A stretch of DNA of 63,629 bases, counting the filler, from Stramenopiles sp. TOSAG23-3 (lineage: Eukaryota), in assembly GCA_900128585.1 (NCBI GenBank). It is 10 parts of 10 records of this genome, joined end to end, with 100 filler letters (N's around TTAATTAATTAA, not from the genome) between each part and the next. Parts side by side here need not be neighbours in the genome. Positions count along the whole stretch, not along the records: positions 7,674 to 15,244 come from LT643130.1; positions 15,345 to 22,911 come from LT643131.1; 8 more parts are not named here. The stretch is one strand, 5' to 3'. The notes under the pieces were generated by a model. That model worked only from the letters and a program-made list of their open reading frames with translations, had not been told where the DNA came from and searched no databases. Made by a program: the position numbers and the translations under genes. Shown in pieces: positions 9,278 through 19,528 of this stretch (position 1 is its first letter; every line of letters begins with the position of its first letter).

Positions 9278-10936
9278 ATGTCATCAAAAAAAGTTCCACG
9301 CCAATCAGAAAAAACCCGCGTTTGTATCGTGGGTGCTGGTTCGGTGGGTGTATACGCAGCACGTGAGGCACTGAAACAAGGATGGGAACCGACAGTCTAC
9401 GAAACAGCGCCCATGGTGGGAGGTGTGTGGCGCTCAGGACACCATTGGGACTCACTAACAACAAACTCGTCCTCAAAAATGATGGAAGTCGGAGACTTTC
9501 CCTTTCCTTTTCAAACTTCTAGCGAATTTCCCACAAGAGTGGAAATATGCAAATACGTAGAAGCCTATGCTGCTTCCTTTACGTTGACCAAGTACATTGT
9601 CTTTGGCACTACGGTGAAATCTATTGAGCCTGTACACAAAGAAGACCCTATGACCAAATGGGTCGTAAGAACGACAGCAGAAAGATCACCAATACAATTT
9701 TTTGACGTAGTGTTTTGTGCAACTGGCCAGTACAACGTCCCTTCTCTTCCAGCGTGCCTGGTTGCATATACTGCAGCAGCGGCGGCTGGTCGCAAGCGCA
9801 CAAGATCCTCTGCACAGGTTTTGCACAGCTCACAGTTTCGTTCAGGAGACATTCATGCTCGTGGAAAAAACGTCTTAGTGTTAGGATTGGGTAACAGCGC
9901 TTTAGATATTGCACTGGAAGCTATTGAATCGAATGCCAAGCGTGTTATCGTGGCTTGCCGTCAAGGTAGCTTAATGTTGCCGATTCGTGCAGATGATGGC
10001 TCGCCCATGGACAAAGCTATTGTAACACGTTTGTTTGAATATATGCAGCCAAAGCAACTAAGGGCGTATCGGACTATGAAAGAGGCATTTGAAGTGACAA
10101 AAGTTTTCGAAAGCCATGGAATGCCAAAAATACTGGACCAAGGCATAAACCCTTTACATTTACGTGTGAGCAACTTGAAAGAAAAAGAGAAATGGATTAA
10201 ATATGTTAAAAATGGACAAGTCATGTTTCATTCTTCAGGGGACATTCTTTCGTTGGAAAATAACAAAGTTCTTTTCGAAGATGGAAGTTGTTTGAACGAG
10301 ATTGATGTTATCGTTGCGTGCACTGGTTATAAAACTGGAGGTCATGATACTTTTAAATACCTGCCCAAAGTTATCTTAGATGGCTGTTGTATTTCTTACA
10401 AGGTGCCCATCAGTAGCAATGACAATGTTGACAAAGAAAGGGAGCGCCCAGTGACCACCTTGTGCTTGCACCGTCGCACAATGCATCCTATATACCCCAC
10501 ATTATGTTTTCTAGCACAAGTACAAACGTTTGGAAACGAAGCAGTGGTCGGTGGATTTCAGGCAAGATGGGCAGTCTGCATGTTATCACAATGTTCGCGT
10601 GTGACAAAGCCGTTGACGTTTAAGGGAATTCAAGATGATGTTGTTGCTCGGAAAACATTTTTGTTCAAAAACACTCCGCTGTTTCCTGGTTTTGTTGGGT
10701 ACGTTAAATTTATGGATACTTTAGCCGCTGATATTGGTGCGTTGCCACCACCATTAGTGAAAGTAGGAACTTGGTTAGATAATCCCAAGTTGGCATGGGC
10801 ACTATTGACAGGACCATTGGTGCAAGCTCAATACAGTTTATGCTCGGACGACAAAGCGGAAGTGAAGATGGCACGGAACATAATACATCTTGTTTTGGAA
10901 AGATTTCAAAGTGGCCGTCGTCGTAGTAAGCTGTGA
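9278..10936 (+). CDS. Flavin-containing monooxygenase with PTS1 (-SKL)
   Basis: VGAGSVG FAD motif, GGVW, CATGQY, HSSQF FMO signature, LGLGNSA NADPH motif, ACTGY; C-terminus RRRSKL. Confidence 0.93.
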   Translation: MSSKKVPRQSEKTRVCIVGAGSVGVYAAREALKQGWEPTVYETAPMVGGVWRSGHHWDSLTTNSSSKMMEVGDFPFPFQTSSEFPTRVEICKYVEAYAASFTLTKYIVFGTTVKSIEPVHKEDPMTKWVVRTTAERSPIQFFDVVFCATGQYNVPSLPACLVAYTAAAAAGRKRTRSSAQVLHSSQFRSGDIHARGKNVLVLGLGNSALDIALEAIESNAKRVIVACRQGSLMLPIRADDGSPMDKAIVTRLFEYMQPKQLRAYRTMKEAFEVTKVFESHGMPKILDQGINPLHLRVSNLKEKEKWIKYVKNGQVMFHSSGDILSLENNKVLFEDGSCLNEIDVIVACTGYKTGGHDTFKYLPKVILDGCCISYKVPISSNDNVDKERERPVTTLCLHRRTMHPIYPTLCFLAQVQTFGNEAVVGGFQARWAVCMLSQCSRVTKPLTFKGIQDDVVARKTFLFKNTPLFPGFVGYVKFMDTLAADIGALPPPLVKVGTWLDNPKLAWALLTGPLVQAQYSLCSDDKAEVKMARNIIHLVLERFQSGRRRSKL

Positions 10937-11002
10937 AAAATTGCAAGGGTATCAAATAATTCGTTAAAAACAAAAAACTGGCTGTTATTTATTATAGACT
11001 AA

Positions 11003-11551
11003 GTAATCGAACGAAACTGTGCGTACTTCCTGGCATTACTGTGCGAAGCCATGGAATTCCACGACGCAATCGCTCGTGAGGGTGGCATTGATGTAATTAT
11101 TCAGTTGGCGTCTTTGGAGGACATTGAGTGCCAAGAATATGCAGCATTTAGTCTAGCCCACTTGGCCAGCAACAGAGACTACCAAGTATACATTACGAAA
11201 GCTGGCGGGCTGAAGCCGCTGGTCGCGATGATGTCTGTCCACGCAGAACCGCGTCATTACGCTGGTCTGGCTCTCTTGAAATTGGCAGACAATTTTGAGA
11301 ACCATATCTCTATTGCAGAGGAAGGCGGTATTCAGGCCTTGCTCAGGTTGGCCAGGGCACGGTCGACGGACGAAGAACTTCAATACAAGGCTGCGCTTAC
11401 TGTGGGTCACCTTGCGTCGAACGCTGTGCGACTCTTGCCTCAAGCTGGTACAAGTGCCGGTGGCGGTGGAAGTCCTGGCAAAATTTCCAGGAAGAAAACT
11501 GGAGACCGAACGAAAGAGTACTTGGAGAAAGCTTTGGCAAAAACTCGTTAG
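11003..11551 (+). CDS. Armadillo-repeat (Vac8-like) C-terminal fragment, apparently 5'-truncated
   Basis: ARM repeats IAREGGIDVII..YAAFSLAHLA and IAEEGGIQALL..KAALTVGHLA. ARM-like sequence (VIERNCAYFLALLCEA) continues upstream of the ATG at 11051 to an in-frame TAA at 11000. Confidence 0.7.
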   Translation, partial: VIERNCAYFLALLCEAMEFHDAIAREGGIDVIIQLASLEDIECQEYAAFSLAHLASNRDYQVYITKAGGLKPLVAMMSVHAEPRHYAGLALLKLADNFENHISIAEEGGIQALLRLARARSTDEELQYKAALTVGHLASNAVRLLPQAGTSAGGGGSPGKISRKKTGDRTKEYLEKALAKTR

Positions 11552-11717
11552 TTGCGTTTTTACGGCTCGGTGTTGCTGACTAGACAGAGAATAAAAATAT
11601 ATGAATTTGTAACATTAGGGATTCTTCATAAATAAATATATAAATTATTGTATTTAAATAGAGTCTTAAAACATACCTATGTAATTTATTTATTTTTTAA
11701 ATAAAAACAAACATGTA

Positions 11718-11966
11718 CATGTAAACCTCGAATGTTTCTTCAATTCAGAGTTCAGTTCGCAGTACATTAATTTTAATTTACTTAAATCTGGAAGCATTGC
11801 TAATCCATCTACCGATTCAGGTCATGAATGGAGCGATTAGTAAAATCAAAAGAGCAAAGATAAGTTCGCAGTATATGAAGGAATGTAAACCTCGAATGTC
11901 TAAATCTATAGTTCAGTTCGCAGTACATTAATTTTAATTACTTAAATAACAGCCAATTTTCTTGTT
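11718..11966. repeat. Dispersed non-coding repeat element, copy A (internal ~65-bp duplication, ends in the 25-bp motif)
   Basis: Shares ~155 bp with 35761-35960 on another contig (GATTAGTAAAA..AGCAAAGATAAGTTCGCAGT..AAACCTCGAATGTCTAAAT..GTTCAGTTCGCAGTACATTAATTTTAATTACTTAAA). Confidence 0.85.
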
Positions 11967-12265
11967 ATATAAAATGCATATGTTATTATATATAATTTGT
12001 TTTTTTTATAAAATGCGTAGAAAAAAACAAATTATATAAGACTCTCATTAATATTCGTACAAAGTACGTTTTAAATTTTATGAAATGCAACTGAAAATGA
12101 GAGCGGCGGACAAGGTGTAAAAACCTCTCTAGATTTTGAGAATTAAGCATCAGAATTTTTAGAATTAAGCTTAAGAATTCTTATTGTTTTGTTCACATAA
12201 AATAAAAAGTTTACTGAGGAGTAATCTTAAAGAGTTATCATCATATCCTATGTTTTTAATTTAAA

Positions 12266-12724
12266 TTACCTGGACAGAAAATATGAACACAACAATAGAG
12301 GAATCGCGGTAACAACTGCTTTGGGGCTCCACATGACTCCGGAGCTCGGGGTTTTCGGGTCAGGACAATTGTCATTTTTCGCCCTGGACGTTTTGCTGCC
12401 AGACTTTCCAGGGTGAGACAGATCTGACGTGACAGGAGCGGCCCCGTCCGTCCACTGGCAGCACTCGTCGCCAAGTTCCAGTCCGTTGCTTAAGCCGTCT
12501 CCATCTGCATCCCCCTGGCATAGTTCTGTTGTCCAAGTGTGCGAGGCTGCTGCAAAAGCCTTCCCAAAGTCATTCCGTGCGCCACCGCCAGTAGTAGATA
12601 CATGTCCCATGGCAGAGCTGCCATCAATTGTCTTGTCCCCGTTTGGAATCTTCTGTCTGTACGTAGACCTACTATCGACAGCGACAAAGAGGAGGAAGAG
12701 CAAAAACACTCCGCGCGGCGCCAT
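12266..12724 (-). CDS. Temptin-like secreted, possibly GPI-anchored protein
   Basis: Signal peptide; YRQKIPNG..GH..GGGARNDFGKAF..WTTELCQGDADGDGLSNGLELGDECCQW; hydrophobic tail. Confidence 0.85.
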   Translation of the reverse strand: MAPRGVFLLFLLFVAVDSRSTYRQKIPNGDKTIDGSSAMGHVSTTGGGARNDFGKAFAAASHTWTTELCQGDADGDGLSNGLELGDECCQWTDGAAPVTSDLSHPGKSGSKTSRAKNDNCPDPKTPSSGVMWSPKAVVTAIPLLLCSYFLSR

Positions 12725-12980
12725 TTAATTTACTGTTCTTCTTTGTATCGATTTAACGCTGTGTCGGTAAATAAGCTACGTGATGTAGTTAATTGTGGTT
12801 CTTTGCTCAAAGGATAATGAGGAAGATAGAGGACAAGGTAAGTGTAGCGAAAATGTTGGTTTATTTTGAGATAACCAAGTTAGTCGAGTGGTATATGCAA
12901 GTGAGGCAACAACTTGTAGCGCAGTTTGTAGTCGTCAACTTAACACAGCAGGTACTACGTTGGGTACGTACCTAGAAGTC

Positions 12981-13171
12981 GAAGAGAAGAAGAACAAGAA
13001 CAAGAAGAGGAAGAGGAAGAGGAAGAGGAAGAGGAAGAGGAAGAAGAAGAGGAAGAGGAAGAGGAAGAGGAAGAGGAAGAGGAAGAGGAAGAGGAAGAAG
13101 AAGAGGAAGAAGAGGAAGAGGAAGAAGAAGAAGAAGAAGAAGAAGAAGAAGAGGAAGAGGAAGAGGAAGAG
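12981..13171. repeat. (GAAGAG)n/(GAA)n microsatellite
   Basis: Purine repeat between divergent genes. Confidence 0.95.
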
Positions 13172-13310
13172 GCCATTAATTGATAAAATATTTTCCATTT
13201 CACACTCACGGCTCTTTTAAAACGTTGTCATCGGATGGAAAGAAAAAAGAAGGAGTACAAAGATTATAATTTCGTTTAACGTTTAACCGTTCTGTTCTCC
13301 CAGAACCACT

Positions 13311-14972
13311 ATGATTTCATTAGCTACAGCAACCCTTGCCGTTCTTGGCATCGTAGTGGTTGGTGCTGAGCCTGAAACGCCTAATGTGGTGGTGTTTTTT
13401 GTCGACGATCTCGGGTATGGAGACTTAGGTTTTACGGGGCACCCAACAACTAAAACACCCAACCTTGACTCCCTGGCAAAGAATGGAAAAATACTGTCTA
13501 ATTTTTATTCAGGATTCCCCGTCTGCACTGCCAGTCGGGCGGCACTGATGACAGGCCGGCAACCTCCGCGTATTGGGGTGCCAGGCGTCTTTGGCCCGAC
13601 TGTCAACGTAGGCCTTCCCCTTAACGAGACAACGCTTGCCCAACAATTCAAAAAGAAAGGCTACAGCACTGCTGTCATGGGGAAGTGGCACCTTGGGCAG
13701 CGGGAAATGTTCTTGCCGGGAAGCCGAGGCTTTGATTCATGGTTGGGCATTCCTTACAGTGATGACATGGGCGGGGGGAGGGCTACCCCGTGTGCCAACG
13801 TTCAACGTCCGGTGCATCGCGTGGATGGGCTGAGACGCCACGATGGATGGTACGATGATTACTGCCAGGATGGCTGGTGCCACATTAGCGATGGAAAAGG
13901 CAATGACCCGGCTGCCACGTACCTCCCTCTTGTTCATCAGTCTCACGACCCGGGTGGAGCGTTGAACACGACTGTATTGGAGCAACCGTTGGATTTTAGC
14001 AAGATCGGGGGGAAGTACAACCAGTTTGCAACAGAATTCATATCATCAAACAAGGACGGCCCATTCTTTCTTTACATGCCGTTCAGCCATGTCCATACCA
14101 CAAACGAATTGCAGCCCGAAATGCAGTACTGCGGGTGCAATTTCAAGAACAAAACGAGCAGAGGGGCATTCGGGGACGCTCTGGCAGAAATTGATTGGAT
14201 CGTAGGAAACGTGATGGACCGGATCAAATCATATGGCTTGGAAGAAAACACGCTTGTACTTTTCACTGGGGATAACGGTCCATGGATGGTAAGGGGTTCG
14301 AGCGCTGGCTCGACGGGTCTCTTTTATGGTCGTTCGTCTGGGTACTGGAACGTGGGGAAAGGTTCGACATGGGAGGGTGGGATTCACGAGGCTGCGTTTG
14401 CGTACTGGAAAGGAAGAATTGCGTCCGGCACAACAAGCGATGAGACTGTCAGTGCAATGGACATTTTTCCTACTCTAAGTAGTTTGATCGGGGTGGAATT
14501 ACCAGAAGGGGTGACAATGGATGGAAAGGATCAAAGCGACGTTCTCTTTGACAAAAATGGGGGGAAAAGCAAGCACGAATTCTTGTTCTTCTATGGACTT
14601 CATGGGTGCCAATCTTGGAAAGGTCCTCCCGCCGTCAGATACGGGCCGTACAAAGCTCACTTTTCGACTACCCCTGGGCTGTCAGGTTGCGAAGGCTGCA
14701 CCAAGAAATGCTACTGTGAAGACCCCAGCGATCTGGAGGCCTGCAAGCCTCTCCTATTCAACGTGTTGGAAGATCCTAGCGAAGCGTACCCTCTTGATAT
14801 TCCGTCCGTATCCAGGGAGATTGTACTTGGGCTTCGGCAAGAGCTTAAATTGTTCCATTATGGGAAACTGACACCCCCGCCGGACAGACCTGGGGAGGGA
14901 CCAGGGACGTATGGAATTTGTTGTGACCGCTCAAAGCAATGCGACTGCAGTGGACCGTTGCCTGAACAGTAA
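13311..14972 (+). CDS. Arylsulfatase (S1 formylglycine-type), secreted/lysosomal
   Basis: Signal peptide; PNVVVFFVDDLGYGD, CTASRAALMTGR, GKWHLG, FTGDNG, GKGSTWEGG. Confidence 0.95.
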   Translation: MISLATATLAVLGIVVVGAEPETPNVVVFFVDDLGYGDLGFTGHPTTKTPNLDSLAKNGKILSNFYSGFPVCTASRAALMTGRQPPRIGVPGVFGPTVNVGLPLNETTLAQQFKKKGYSTAVMGKWHLGQREMFLPGSRGFDSWLGIPYSDDMGGGRATPCANVQRPVHRVDGLRRHDGWYDDYCQDGWCHISDGKGNDPAATYLPLVHQSHDPGGALNTTVLEQPLDFSKIGGKYNQFATEFISSNKDGPFFLYMPFSHVHTTNELQPEMQYCGCNFKNKTSRGAFGDALAEIDWIVGNVMDRIKSYGLEENTLVLFTGDNGPWMVRGSSAGSTGLFYGRSSGYWNVGKGSTWEGGIHEAAFAYWKGRIASGTTSDETVSAMDIFPTLSSLIGVELPEGVTMDGKDQSDVLFDKNGGKSKHEFLFFYGLHGCQSWKGPPAVRYGPYKAHFSTTPGLSGCEGCTKKCYCEDPSDLEACKPLLFNVLEDPSEAYPLDIPSVSREIVLGLRQELKLFHYGKLTPPPDRPGEGPGTYGICCDRSKQCDCSGPLPEQ

Positions 14973-15018
14973 AGTGTTTTGGTATGAGGAAATGAACACA
15001 TATTTAATTTTCCTCTAG

Positions 15019-15087
15019 AAATAACAGCCAATTTTTTGTTTTTAGATTAAAGGAAAGAAATTAAAACAAGAAAATTGGCTGTTATTT
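15019..15087. repeat. Inverted pair of the 25-bp dispersed motif
   Basis: AAATAACAGCCAATTTTTTGTTTTT, 19-nt spacer, AAAACAAGAAAATTGGCTGTTATTT. Confidence 0.9.
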
Positions 15088-15244
15088 TTTTAAGTAATTC
15101 AAATTTAGCTTCCTCATATTACCGCGAAAATGAATCTACTCAGCATTTGTCCATTAGAGGTTTACATAAGGAAAGAAATTAAACTATATAAAGTTTATTT
15201 TTTAAAAGTTCTTTAGTTCTGAAATACATCTTACGTAAGATATT

Positions 15245-15344
15245 NNNNNNNNNNNNNNNNNNNNNNNNNNNNNNNNNNNNNNNNNNNNTTAATTAATTAA
15301 NNNNNNNNNNNNNNNNNNNNNNNNNNNNNNNNNNNNNNNNNNNN
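15245..15344. other. Artificial contig linker
   Basis: N44-TTAATTAATTAA-N44. Confidence 0.98.
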
Positions 15345-15345
15345 T

Positions 15346-15945
15346 GGTATCTTGGCATTCAGATTCCAAGCATGCTGGGTAATTCGTTATTTTGAAGCAT
15401 GGGTGCCGAATAACTTCTTGGGCGTCGCATCATCGTATGCACACTCTCACCAATTATGTAGCGTCTTGCCGAATAATTGCTTTTTCGCTCACGGTAGCAT
15501 TGGTGACGATACCCGTCTATGGGACACCTGGACTTTCATGCTTACAGAGAACTTTGGCACTAAGTCAGAGGCGCCTCAGAAATGCGTCCTGGATCCATGC
15601 AACAAACGTTTTGAAGAGGTAATGCTACGGCTGATGGTTGGTATCACAGCGGTTCTTCCTGTACTCTCTACCATTATCTTCCATTTCTGCTATCACAGAA
15701 TCAACAAAAATCGTGGACGTCGTGTATGTTATGGAAGTACCATAGCTTCTTTTGTGGTGTCGTTCGGGCTGGCATTTATCATCTTTTGGCAATACAGATT
15801 CAAAAATGCATGGCCCAGAGTCGGTAATACTTTTATCTTTTTCTTGTTGGTCATGTTTGCAGTGACGGCATGCAATGTCGCGGTGCTGTGGTACTATTAT
15901 ATTTCAAGGAGATCTGAGCCCGAACGGCTCACAGAAATATTTTAA
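15346..15945 (+). CDS. Multi-pass membrane protein, C-terminal part (5'-truncated)
   Basis: Open from the contig edge; three hydrophobic segments. Confidence 0.6.
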   Translation, partial: GILAFRFQACWVIRYFEAWVPNNFLGVASSYAHSHQLCSVLPNNCFFAHGSIGDDTRLWDTWTFMLTENFGTKSEAPQKCVLDPCNKRFEEVMLRLMVGITAVLPVLSTIIFHFCYHRINKNRGRRVCYGSTIASFVVSFGLAFIIFWQYRFKNAWPRVGNTFIFFLLVMFAVTACNVAVLWYYYISRRSEPERLTEIF

Positions 15946-16064
15946 AGTCCATTTGGACTTATACTTACAAAAATACTATTTTTGTCTTCTATATAATTAA
16001 TTTTTACTACACGGCCCAAGTAAAAATTGATAGGAAATGAGGAAAAAAGTCCAACTGGCAGTAA

Positions 16065-16388
16065 CACAAACTAAAACTAGACTTTGGTGTTGGCTACATT
16101 AATGCAATGGCATATGTCACTGCCGGTTTTTTGCCGAAGACAGATTTCCTGACTGCTATCGATAAAGTTACTATTGTTGGTTTTGTAAGTCAATTTCTAA
16201 TTGCATTTTCAAATTCGTTCCTATACTTATGGAAACAATATTACCCTGGTCACAAAGAAACCATTCGGTTGGTTAATATAGGTTTTGCTGTCCTTTCCGT
16301 TGTACTCATGGTGTGGGCCAGTCTTATTTACCTTCTTCCAAATTGTTTGAAAGCGAGAAGGATAAAAAATGCGGCAGCGAAAACTTAA
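16065..16388 (+). pseudogene. Pentameric ligand-gated ion channel TM-domain fragment (M2-M3 loop to M4)
   Basis: LPKTDFLTAIDK matches the pLGIC M2-M3 loop pattern and is followed by two TM helices. No ligand-binding domain upstream; in-frame TAA at 16062. Confidence 0.5.
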
Positions 16389-17363
16389 AAAGGAAAATGT
16401 GGACGGTTATTGTTTTAATTCTATATCATCATTACAGGTTCGCATCGACTCTTCAGAAACTTCTGACGATTCAATTTTAGTCAACAAAAAAACAAAAAAG
16501 AAAAAACAGTAAGTGCAGTGCACGTTAACGCGTGCCAAAACGAGCACACGTGGCACAATATACCAGGCCTTAGCAGGCATAAAAAAAATATTAGTGCATT
16601 AATTTTTAATAATTATAATAATAATTAATTTGATTAAAATAATAAATATATGTTTACTGATTGTTTTTTCATTGTATTGTTATGGAGGAGATTTAAAATT
16701 TTCTTTAAATTTACTGAATATTAGATGTGATAGTATATATACACAACCAACACACACACACCTTCGACTAATTGGCAAGACGTATAGAAGAATAGTTAGA
16801 ATTCGTGTAGACATTTAACAACGTGTGCATTCGTTGAAAGTATACATATCTATCTGACCTTAGAAATATTGCTGCCGTATAGAATTACCATTTATCCGTG
16901 TTGGGAAACTATATACTGTGTGTGGGTATCCGCGGTTAACTCTCGATCATTTTAACGTAGTTGATAGCTTTTTTTCAGACGTGTAAAAACATATCCAACG
17001 CGTGTAGAGAAAGATAGACGCGGCAGGGGATTGTTCGAAATAGTAACAACTCTTATTGTCAGGTGTGATTGGTACGGTTGGGTGTTGGCCCGTGGTTGTA
17101 GCTTTCTGGTTGTGTATCGTTGACGGTGTGGAAGATTTTCTAGAAAGGGTATAAACGTGGTGATTATATCGGAGGTTCTCAACGGGTTAGACAGCCAACA
17201 GCAAACTTCAAGCCTGGTAAGAAAGGCTATAACAGTGAATAGAAAGCTTTCTAACGTGCTTATTTTATTGCTTCAGCTGTCGCTGTTTACTTGGGTTGGA
17301 TTTGCTCGTTCAACGTGTTGAAATCTTAGAAAAGTTTCATATCAAACACCAAAAGAGTCTGAG

Positions 17364-18422
17364 ATGACACTCACTTTGTCAAAGGAAAAACAGACATGCA
17401 AGCTGCTGTGTTTGCTTATACTTGACATATTTCATCTTCTGCTACTTATCTGGAGTATTACTTTGCGATATAACCATTCGATGATAGCGCCTCTAGTATG
17501 GGCCAACATATTATATTGTATTGCTCGTGGTTATTATAATCAGAGATGCTATAAAAGATACTTTGATAGTATATTCAAAAAAAAACGTGATAGGCTTACA
17601 TTTGATAAGGACTCAACGAGGGACAATCTATCGAATTTTGCGGAACGTGTTCAAAGCGTGATTGAGTCACCTATATTTGTAGGGATAGAAGTGACTTGCT
17701 TTATATGGGTTGGAGAGACAAAAAGTGACGGACATGGTGGTCAAGTACATTCGAGCAAAAAAGTAAAGTCATTTACACATATGTATGATTTTTCAGATGC
17801 ATTCTCAACTGTAGATAAAACTCCATTTACCGGAAGCGATGTATTGCAATTAAAAGCACCAAAACGAATCCTATTCACTGGCAAGATAAAGATTGATGTT
17901 GAAAATGCTGTAAATGTAAAAGAGTGGCTCCACGCCTGGAAGCACCATTTAGTTGCTGCAAACCGTCATCGCGGTGAATCTACATCTGTGACTATACATT
18001 TGCACCCAAAGGTGCCTTTTTTTTCCAAAACCAGTCGCCAAAACAATTTTATTCGGCATGGATGGATGAAAATGGAAAATACTTTTAACCTTCAGTGTTT
18101 TTTTGCGGAAAGATTCATTTCGTTTTGCATGATGTGCAGCTCTTGTGCATTTTTTTCTTTTTGTAGCGGTGTGTCTAATTGTGCTATGGATTATGCAAAA
18201 TGCATATCGCTGATTCCTGATTTTATAAATTTTGCTCCTAAAAGTCCAGAAGGCGAAGCTCTCATTCATCCACCGCTGGATAATTTTGGGAACTATATAA
18301 AATCAAATGAAGTAATAAAAACAGAATATTCTTGGTTACAAGATGCAAATGTTGTAATTGATGGTAGTGAGCTCAACGACATCTCTGACGACATTCACAA
18401 ACGCGATATATGTTGCCTGTAG
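17364..18422 (+). CDS. Membrane protein, possibly TMEM151-like
   Basis: Two N-terminal TM helices; ESPIFVGIEVTCF..VKSFTHMYDF..VDKT weakly resembles TMEM151; ends in CCL. Confidence 0.5.
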   Translation: MTLTLSKEKQTCKLLCLLILDIFHLLLLIWSITLRYNHSMIAPLVWANILYCIARGYYNQRCYKRYFDSIFKKKRDRLTFDKDSTRDNLSNFAERVQSVIESPIFVGIEVTCFIWVGETKSDGHGGQVHSSKKVKSFTHMYDFSDAFSTVDKTPFTGSDVLQLKAPKRILFTGKIKIDVENAVNVKEWLHAWKHHLVAANRHRGESTSVTIHLHPKVPFFSKTSRQNNFIRHGWMKMENTFNLQCFFAERFISFCMMCSSCAFFSFCSGVSNCAMDYAKCISLIPDFINFAPKSPEGEALIHPPLDNFGNYIKSNEVIKTEYSWLQDANVVIDGSELNDISDDIHKRDICCL

Positions 18423-18534
18423 GAAGGTGGTTGCCTGAAGGTTAAATATATTATTTTATATTTATCAATACCTACAATAATTATAACTTTAATTATTAAG
18501 ATAACTCGAAGAGAGTAGATCCAATTATAAAATC

Positions 18535-19470
18535 TTAAAATGAATTGTATAAGATGTATGATACGATATATACTATATTACATGATATTGCGTGTTTGTT
18601 ACTGCCATTAAATAAATCGTCCTCTAAGTCCACGAATGCTGTAGGGTCGGATTCGCATAGTTTGTCCAAGATATAGCTCAATTCTGGGTAAAAAATTATT
18701 TGATCGGTAACACCGCCACCTTCCCTTTCACGAAGCCTAGAGCCACGGAATTCTCTTGCGTCATCGATCAAGACAACCTGCACACCGTTTGACTTCCTGT
18801 GTACGTCAAAAATGAAATCGAGTTCACGCAATATTGGAGAATCTTCTTTTCCCCGAGCCGTATCAAGGTATGAATAGTGCCCGTCCAAAAAATACAAAAT
18901 ATTTCTTCCTTTCATGGATTTAAAGTCATCGAAATATCGTAATACATCGCCAGAATTACCATATAATGCAACAATTTTTTTGGCATTTATATTGCCATTA
19001 TCAATTTCGTTTTGGAACCTTTGTTTGGCTTCTTCGTAAAACTTCTTGCTCAATTCTATAGTGTAAACGCGCTCGCAAGCACCTGAATTGGCTAGAAAAA
19101 GGGTTGTATCGCCCTTGTATGTCCCAGTTTCAATGCAATCATCGATCCTGTGCTGAATAGCAGCTGAAAGGACCCGCGATTTTTTAATGTTCCTCATACG
19201 CTCTGTAGAAACTTTAAGTTCGTAGCCACTGAAACTTGGAACATGCTTCTTGCAATGATTTACCCGGCATTGGTAACTAGATCCACACCGTCTGCTTTGA
19301 TCTATCATCAACTCTCGATTCATTTTTCGTAGAATGTTTTGGCGGGGCAAACCTGACAATCGCCGATGGTCATATTTTTGGTAATTGACGTGCAAGAACC
19401 GTTGCCAAGCATAGTCTATTGAGTCATCTGTGTAGAACTTCAGTTGTTTGAAATCGTATCTAACATGTTT
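18535..19470 (-). pseudogene. Bacterial-like class I SAM-dependent methyltransferase, probably disrupted
   Basis: IETGTYKGDTT, VYTIELS, GNSGDVL, YFLDGHYS, DSPILREL, VLIDDAREF. Apparent +1 slips near 19470 (A run) and 18610; upstream TAA at 19529. Confidence 0.6.
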
Positions 19471-19528
19471 TTAAGAGAGACCGTAACTTTGTTAGCGTCT
19501 GGTTAAAGTCTGCTGATGAAATTGAAAC

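Noticed and set aside
4758-10936. Apparent peroxisomal cluster (PEX16 plus FMO-SKL)
   Set aside because: The genes are on different contigs separated by a linker.
12888-13220. Poly-KR, poly-FL and poly-S ORFs (also 32904, 37775, 37800, 60760)
   Set aside because: Translations of microsatellites.
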